Assembly (NCBI GenBank): GCA_028534125.1
Contig: CM052817.1
Coordinates: 44,704,001 to 44,768,000, forward strand
Reading direction: 5' to 3'
Source: Lama glama
Lineage: Eukaryota
DNA: 64,000 nucleotides
The position numbers and the translations under genes were made by a program. The notes beneath the pieces were generated by a model. The model searched no databases and was not told the DNA's origin. It was given only the letters and a program-made list of their open reading frames with translations. The stretch's first letter is position 1; the number at the start of each line of letters is the position of its first letter. Below are positions 57,748 through 64,000 of this stretch, one piece after another.

Positions 57748-58400
57748 GGCTGAGAGGCCGCAGCTGCAGGAGACGACGGCGACCGAGACGGGGGCTCAGG
57801 TCACGCAGGCGGAGCCACACCTACCCAGCCCGCTCCAGCCTTTTACGGTCCCAGGCGGCGGGGGCTCCCGCTCGGAGCCCAGCCCTCCGCGACTAGGACT
57901 CAACTTTCCCAGCCCCGCCCCGCTTCCCGCCCCGAGGCTGCAGCCTCAGGCTCCAGCCGGGCGGACGCGCGAGCGCCCTCCTTCTCCAATATTTTCCTTC
58001 CCGATTCTGCCAGTCGCCGGCGGCCTGGAGTATCGGGCGCCCTGTTTCAGGTGCGTCCCGCGAGCGGAAAGAACCCAAGGGCGCAACGGCTCCGCCGCGC
58101 AAACCCGCACCTGCCCCGCTGCCTTCCCCCTTCCCGCTCCAGCTGCCCGTTCGGCAGTCCCTGCCTGGGACTGCGCCGGGCACCTCGGCGCCTCCTCCTC
58201 TTCACAGACACTTAGCTGTGGCGCGGTCGGATAGAGACCGAAGCTTCCAGAAACTTAGCGCAGAAGGGGCCGATGTGTGTCGACCACATGGGGCTGCGGC
58301 TGGATCTGGAGCTGGAGAGGCAGCCGGGGTGGATGGGGTGGGGTAGACCAGGAGCACAGCGGGCGCGGTGGAGTCTGCGTTTGGCCGCCGGTTAGCTGGC
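56860..58400. promoter_or_regulatory. CpG island and STBD1 promoter with GC boxes
   Basis: High GC and dense CpG over exon 1; tandem CCCCGCCCC/CCCGCCCC Sp1-type boxes at about 57913-57934. Confidence 0.85.
57540..57747 (-). CDS. STBD1: STBD1 exon 1 coding part (69 codons + 1 nt)
   Basis: gccATGG Kozak context; CCAG|gtattc donor. Confidence 0.95.
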
Positions 58401-59039
58401 TTAGCCTCTGCAAGCTTCCGCCTCCTGCTGTAAAAGGAAAGAATCAGACTAGGATCCTTCCATCTCTAAATGCCAGTCACCTCAGCCACATCCAGTCGAC
58501 CTCTTTTGGGATGCGTGGTTGTCACAAAATGCGCGCCCTCCTGATTGGACTGGATGTTACACAGAGCCAACTACTACGGATGGGTTTATCAATAAAAATT
58601 GCAACCATCTTTGCTAAGCGCTGTCAGTGTGCCAGGTGTTTAATGGTTGCGTTTAATTTGATCCCCACAAAACAACAACCCTGGAAACTAAGAATTATAC
58701 ACATTTCTTTCTTAATTCACTCCTCTGCTAATCTGAAGGCTTCACACTCCAACGTCAAGCTAATGGTTCCCATATTTGTATCAGCAGAGTGAGACTTTTC
58801 CTTGACCTACACACTCCTACATCCAACTGCTACGGCCACAGCTGGCAAATATCCGCCTTGGAATAACAGCTAAAATAGCTCTTCTGGTAAGACAGATCGT
58901 TCAAATGTGCCCCATGCTTGACGGTACAGCAGCCCCTAAGGGGTGCAAGACCGGCCAGTAGACTTACTGGTGCCGTCGTCCCTACCATCAAGAGGCGGGG
59001 AGAGGGAAGATGGGAGAGGAGACCGCGCCAACTCAGCAC

Positions 59040-59885
59040 CTCCTCCTGGACACTAATAGATGTCTCAAATCCAATTCACTCAACTCTGATGTCCCCAGAC
59101 GGGCTACTTGCTCTGACTTCTTCATCTCGGAAAGTGGCAACCACGTCCTTTCCCGTTCCTAAAAAAGTTGGAGTCGTTCTTGACTCTTCTTTTTACCCCC
59201 TCTCACAGTAGTCAGTAGCAAATTCAAAATACATTCAGAATTCTACTTCTCTCCACAGCGAGTGTCACCCTGGGCCTGCCACCATCATTTCTTACCTGGA
59301 TTACTGCCGTCACCTTGCACAGCTCTCCCTGCTTCCACCTTTGAGCCCTTACATAGTTTCAAATAGCAATCTAAATAATCCTGTTGAAACACTCCCATTT
59401 TCTGGGCCTCTGCTCAAGACCCTCTAATTGCTCTACAACTCCTGGCAAAAACCTTTCAAGACTACAGGATCTGCCCCCAGGGTTGTCTCTGAGCTCATCT
59501 CTATCTCTCCCTTCTTCAGCCACCCTGGCTTCCTGCATAGAGTCATTCTTGCTGCCAATATCCATCCGTATAACTAATCTGTCCGCTTCAGATCTTTATA
59601 CAATGTCATCTGTCCTGTAAACCCTTCCCTGATAATCCCCATTTTAAATACAACCCCTACTCCCTATGCTTTATTTTCTTCTTAGAATTTAGGGCATCAA
59701 TTCTAATACATTCTACTAATCTAATTCCACCACAGGTTTGTTCTACTTAATTTCTCTTTCCTCTCTTTGGAATGTAAACTACATGAAAGCAGAGTTTATT
59801 GTCCTTTGTTCTCTGTTGAATTTCTGGCACCTAGAACATTCCCAGAGTGGTCCCTCAAAAAGTACTGGTTGAATAAGTGAATTAA
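59040..59885 (+). mobile_element. L2 fragment
   Basis: ggagtcgttcttgactc..., tcttacctggattactgc..., gaatgtaaactacatgaaagcag...cctagaaca...gttgaataagtgaat. Confidence 0.75.
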
Positions 59886-62479
59886 AAGCTTCATATATTC
59901 CCAGTCTGCAGCATTATTATCATCTTCTTTGTATAGATTCTACCTGCTTTTTTTTTAAGCACAATGTAGATGTTGCTTTTTTGTCAAGTAGATTTCATGT
60001 CTTACACTAATTAGGGAGTCAATGATGGCCTTTTTAAAAGACCCGTAGTTACACATAGATCTCAATTCAAGCAGCCTTAAGATAACAAAACAAATCTTGA
60101 GATGAATATGAAAACAATGAAAAGTAATAGCAAAACTATATCTTTAAGAAAATGAATGTCAGTATACAAAATAGCATTTCCTTTATGGACTCTGTCTTAC
60201 TAATTGGTTCCTATAAGACTACTGTAGATCTAATATTTTAACAGTCAAAATTTCGTAGAAAAATTTAGAATTATTCCATTTCCTTTTGTCAAAGTAAAAC
60301 TTGATGTCATACATAGGCTGTCCTTAAATTTTATAAACTCTCAAGCCAATAGAGTGATTTTATATGAAAATCCTTGAACATTTTATTTCCTCACTGATAA
60401 CTTCAGCTACTGCTTCATCCATCAAAATTTTTATCAATGTGCTAATGAATGAAATTCCAGAAGATGTATAAAGTCCTAGGATGCAAGCTCCACTACTCAT
60501 TTCTGATACCTAGAAGGCTCTTAATGAAGGTTTATTATTGTTATCAATTGCTATTTCATTTATTAAAAATATAATTTAAAAAGACAATTCTTCCCAACTC
60601 TTCAGAATTCTTTTTGCATTGTATCAGAGGTATCATGCAATATTTTCAAGGAACCTTATTTATTTGGCTTTTCTAAACTTAAATGTCGACTCTGATTACT
60701 ATGTTGCTGCTTTCAAAGGAAACTCCACTCACTGCCATATTTGTTAAAAGTCTACAGTCACACATTCTAAAAATATACTTATATCATCAACAATACTGTG
60801 TTTATCACTATACAGTTGCAAAATAATATTTTTGCCTCCGTTTGGAAGACCTTTGAGCCTAGGAAGGTGGGAACAACAACAAAAAAAAGCAGATTCAGTA
60901 GGGATGAGGGAGGAAGATGGTAAGTCGGCTGAGATGGGTTCAATTTGAGATACTAGCAGGAAGTTGGGACTGGGGGTCTATACTTTAAGAAGAGTATCAG
61001 GGCTGGAGATACTGGAAATCTCTCACAGGGAGGTTGCAGTTAAATCGTGGTAGAAATTAATATTCTGAGAGGAAATCAAGAATGAGCCTAACTTCAGCCC
61101 CTGGTATAATTTCAATAAAGATTGAAAGGCTGCCTCCATATTGCTGCTTATTCACAATTATGTCTTGGTGTTATATTTTAGGGGCCATAATGTAATGGCC
61201 ATTTTCTAATTGATTATTATTCTATTAAATAGAGTATAAATAGGTAGATAAAGCTATGGATGGATATTTTAAAAATCTAAGCCCACAGGGGTCCCCAGGA
61301 AAAATAAGATGAATCTAGGTGATAAAGTATAACCTCTTCTTTTGTGCTTCATCTGATTTCACTAGGCTTTGCACCCACATGTCAGATCAGCGTTCCCAGC
61401 ACAGAAGCGCTGCACAGGACACCTCAGCTCTGACACCCCGTGCAGAAGCATTGAGCAGAACATCTCAAGATGGTGGTGGCACAGGCCATGCGCAGAGACA
61501 CTGGGCGGGCCCTGCGCTGTGAGGCGGCAGCAGTCCAGCTGCGCCTGCGCCGCACGAGAACTCCACCCACTCCCCGCTGACTGACGAGATCCCTATAAAG
61601 CAGCCCCTCCTTGGATGGTCAGGAATGAGAGCTTGTGCTCTAGAGCGGGAGCTTATAGGGCTCTGTCTTCTGGTGGAAGAAGAACGCTTTCCTTTGCTGC
61701 TGAACTGGGCTATTGGCTGGAGCGCACTGGGCAGGAGGACCCTCCTTGGGAGCCGACACTGCAGAGTGAGTAACATATATATTTATATAAATATTTTTCC
61801 CCTTTACCTTACGCAAGAAGATTGCTCACTCCTGGTGCTTTGTTTGCAGGGCTGGGGTGGGAGAGGATTAGAGAGAGAGGGAACGAAGAGTTGGGAAAAG
61901 AGAGACTCGGGAGACTTGTTTCCAAAGAAAGCCATGCGAGCGGGTGGTGGGGCGGCGGAACGGGGGTGTCGCCCAGCAGAGTTGGTGGGTAGAGGGCTGA
62001 GAAGAAAATGGCTGGATTCGGCCCGTATGCGGTCAGGGTGGCTCTGCGGCGTTTGTGGGGGTGGGCGCTCGATTTCAGAAGGCTAAGATGTGGACATGGT
62101 GAAGGCCAACGTTGAGTGAGCCCTCCCCTGAGAAATCTGGAGGCAAAAGGTAGGAGAGAAATTGAAGTGTCCCTTGAGAAGAGAACAAGCCCAGGGGAAG
62201 CTCTTTCAGACCAAGAGTCGATGTGAGACAGGAGGCCCCTCGTGGGGATTCCACCGGGAGGAGAAAGTGGAGGCCGTGAGGCTGAACACCAGCGGGAGGG
62301 GCGGCCTGGGATGAAAGGAGGGGAGGGGACAGGCATGAAGAAAAAAGAGGATGTCGTTAAGAAACACTTTGAGGTATAAATGGGGAGGAGTCAGGTTATC
62401 TACCGGCTAAGTGAGAGAGAGGAAATCCGGTTGAGGTTTTGAGGACAGCAGAGCATGTAGGAAGGAAATGGCCTCGGGG

Positions 62480-63280
62480 AGAAGAGGTTGCCCTTGGGAG
62501 TCCTGTTGGTTCTTCCATTACAGGCCTGTTGCGTTCCTCCCTTCGAGTCATTCACAGTGTCTTTGCCCCCTATTCAGATGCCACTATGATCTTTGCACCT
62601 CCCTCGGCTCTGGCTGTGACCCTCTCTGCAACCACTCCTGGTTTAACCCTCCTCAAGTACAGCCCTGAGCAGGGCATCTCCCTCGGCCCGATTAAATTCA
62701 ACCCCATTTTAGCCTTCAGGGTCTCCAGGACACAGCCCAGCAACCTCTCCAGGCCTTTTTCTTCCACTTATCAGCACTCCAGCCAAACTGGGACTCCCGC
62801 GCTAGAGCCTTCACTTACTGGTCTAGACATTTTCCAAAAGGCACTTCCTTCCATGAGACTTTTCCCCAGCCCCCAATCCCACCCCCCAACCCCCAAATTG
62901 ATATGTCATTCTTCTCTTTGAACTCCGATTACATTTTGTAACTCTCTTAGAGCAAACTATGAGGTTTTCTCTTATGGTATAATTATTTTTGTAGTGTATC
63001 CTTGCCCATATTAGATCATAAATCCCTTAAGGGCCAGAGTTTGTTTATTCTTTGTATTCCCCAGAATGCAAAGTCTGTTATGCAATAGGCCTTTTTATTG
63101 TCTTTGTTCATTGAATGCCTAATATACACAGGCCCTAAGCTAAGTGGTGTATAAGGATTATCTCATAAATTCCTGAGAGAACTGATTTGCCCAAGGTCAT
63201 ACAGCTGGTGAGTGACCAAACTGGAATTTGAACCCAGTGTTCTGACCTCCCAGGACTCATGGTTGAAACTCTAGCTACAC
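62480..63280. mobile_element. L2 fragment followed by MIR (about 63130-63280)
   Basis: L2 tail ...agggccagag...ttcattgaatg; MIR core tgatttgcccaaggtcatacagctggtgagtg...ggaatttgaacccag. Confidence 0.6.
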
Positions 63281-64000
63281 TGAATCCTAATGGCTATTAA
63301 TCCAAATTTCAAAGCATGTATTTTAGAAGTGAGTGTGCAAATTGAGGTATGCGACACCAGAGAACCTCTGTGGTAGTATTCCAGCATTTACGGTGAATTA
63401 CCGCCTTGCTCTTGGTTTGTAATTCCTCTCCACAAGCCCACACCTCATTAGGGAGATGTACTCACCAGCACCTGTCCGTTGCTGTCAAGCCTCTGGCTCC
63501 TGCTGCTCCACATAACATTAACCACAAGTCAAACCTTTCTGCAAAGCAGTCACATTGGAACTGCCCAGCTTCAGATTTCACAGAGACATTTTCTAATTGC
63601 AACTGTTTGCAAACCTCTGACTCATCTTAGTTCCAGAATAGACTCAAGGCTGAGATCTCTTACACTGAATGATGAAACCTTTACACCAAAGGAAAATCTG
63701 TGTTAGGAGAAAGAGCTAACTGTACAGAGAAAAATAAAGTTAGATTACTACTTTGTACCATGTAAATTGATGGACTCCAGATGTAATGAAGTCCTAAATG
63801 TAAACGGTAAAAGTACAGAGCTAATAGAGCAAAATCCAGGAGACTATCACTGTGATATTGCATAACACAGGAGGCCAAAACACTTCTTGACCTCGTCAAA
63901 ACAAAGCTATCTGGTGAATGAGGTTGCTGTAGACAAAGTTAGCAGATAGATCCATAGGGGGAGCAGATTTTTGTGTTGTTAAAACCGACAAGGCATTAAT

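Noticed and set aside
56938..58792. Many ORFs in the CpG island
   Set aside because: Expected stop-codon depletion in GC-rich DNA; only 57540-57747 fits STBD1.
61625..62086. 153-aa ORF after the TATA-like box as a novel protein
   Set aside because: No recognisable domain; it reads through a strong donor into low-complexity purine-rich sequence.
58400..64000. FAM47E exons or a FAM47E-STBD1 readthrough, expected upstream by synteny
   Set aside because: No ORF or exon here resembles FAM47E as I recall it; the gene probably lies beyond the window.
1..64000. CRISPR arrays, tRNA/rRNA genes, prokaryote-style operons or defence systems
   Set aside because: None seen; the window is ordinary intron-rich mammalian DNA.

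Overview
Mammalian (eutherian) genomic DNA, probably a camelid: the young LINE-1 3' ends look camelid, and I saw no Alu, BovB/Bov-tA or PRE-1. This species call is an inference. The window holds two convergent protein-coding genes. (1) The last 20 coding exons of CCDC158 (+ strand, 4687-51268; the 5' exons lie upstream of the window). All junctions are GT-AG and splice into one open frame of 1002 aa plus stop. (2) The complete two-exon STBD1 gene (glycophagy receptor with a CBM20 domain; - strand, 57747-54785, 356 aa) under a CpG island. Introns contain LINE-1 of several ages (four with target-site duplications), L2, MIR, L3/CR1, ERV/MaLR LTRs, DNA-transposon fossils, a full-length decayed U6 snRNA copy and a 500-N assembly gap. 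I found no convincing new multi-gene system. The most notable observations are: STBD1's Atg8-interacting motif has lost both anchor residues (HEEWEMV in human, HEDCEMM here); a 60-nt in-frame CCDC158 exon appears to be missing; the U6 copy has no poly(A) tail; and an unexplained promoter-like module with two facing TATA-like boxes lies about 3.8 kb upstream of STBD1. Comparisons with human proteins and repeat consensus sequences are from memory, not from a database search.
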